IMG/VR virus record: IMGVR_UViG_3300017763_000002
Span: 62,001 to 126,000 of that record
Length of the DNA stretch: 64,000 nucleotides
Direction: 5' to 3' (one strand)
The position numbers and the translations under genes are program-made. The notes beneath the pieces were generated by a model. That model saw only the letters and a list, made by a program, of their open reading frames with translations, did no database searches and was not told where the DNA came from. This document shows, one piece after another, positions 63,968 through 64,000 of this stretch (within the stretch, counting starts at the first letter, position 1; every line of letters starts with the position of its first letter).

Positions 63968-64000
63968 CTTACAATTTGTGATACTGAAAACTCCCCGCTC
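63964..64000 (-). CDS. 3' end of an upstream gene (truncated)
   Basis: Open frame ...SGEFSVSQIVR* whose TGA overlaps the ATG at 63967 (ATGA coupling). Confidence 0.35.
   Translation of the reverse strand, partial: SGEFSVSQIVR

Noticed and set aside
1-64000. Alternative genetic code (stop-codon reassignment)
   Set aside because: TAA, TAG and TGA all end full-length genes at tight junctions, and coding density is near-complete under the standard code.
1-64000. tRNA, rRNA or large ncRNA genes
   Set aside because: Intergenic gaps are under about 170 bp and no cloverleaf or rRNA-like sequence was recognised. tRNAscan or Infernal would be decisive.

Overview
The window is a gene-dense, AT-rich segment of a large tailed dsDNA phage genome in five alternating strand blocks: - 1-12.6 kb, + 12.7-24.4 kb, - 24.4-31.8 kb, + 32.0-43.6 kb and - 43.5-64 kb. 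It encodes replication and recombination genes (DnaB-like helicase, Toprim primase, RecA-like recombinase, SSB, two PD-(D/E)XK nucleases, a probable single-strand annealing protein). Nucleotide-supply genes are NrdA, NrdB, a dNMP kinase and a Nudix hydrolase that the ORF track missed at the left edge. It also carries a sigma70-family factor, a J-domain protein, about nine glycan or LPS-type biosynthesis genes, a probable portal, repeat-rich virion proteins and a lambda-like tail tip (M-L-K-I/J) ending in a 3418-aa fibre with an S74 chaperone. Five observations stand out. (1) A GTGTA(A/C) motif begins 14-15 nt before the start codon of 8 genes (7 exact, 1 variant). It is a candidate late promoter producing near-leaderless mRNA, possibly read by the phage sigma factor, and it contrasts with sigma70 promoters on replication and nucleotide genes. 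(2) NrdB has class Ic (Chlamydia-type, Mn/Fe) signatures, with Val at the radical-Tyr position and Glu as the first metal ligand. (3) A GT9 heptosyltransferase-like enzyme is split between two genes, its N-lobe fused to a GT4 enzyme, within a candidate virion or host-surface glycosylation kit. (4) A tandem-gpM tail protein ends in a T-even gp38-like polyglycine adhesin domain. (5) gpJ is fused to gpI and split inside an FN3-like domain. No tRNA, rRNA, CRISPR array, integrase, reverse transcriptase or stop-codon recoding was seen. All family calls come from motifs recognised by eye, not from database searches.
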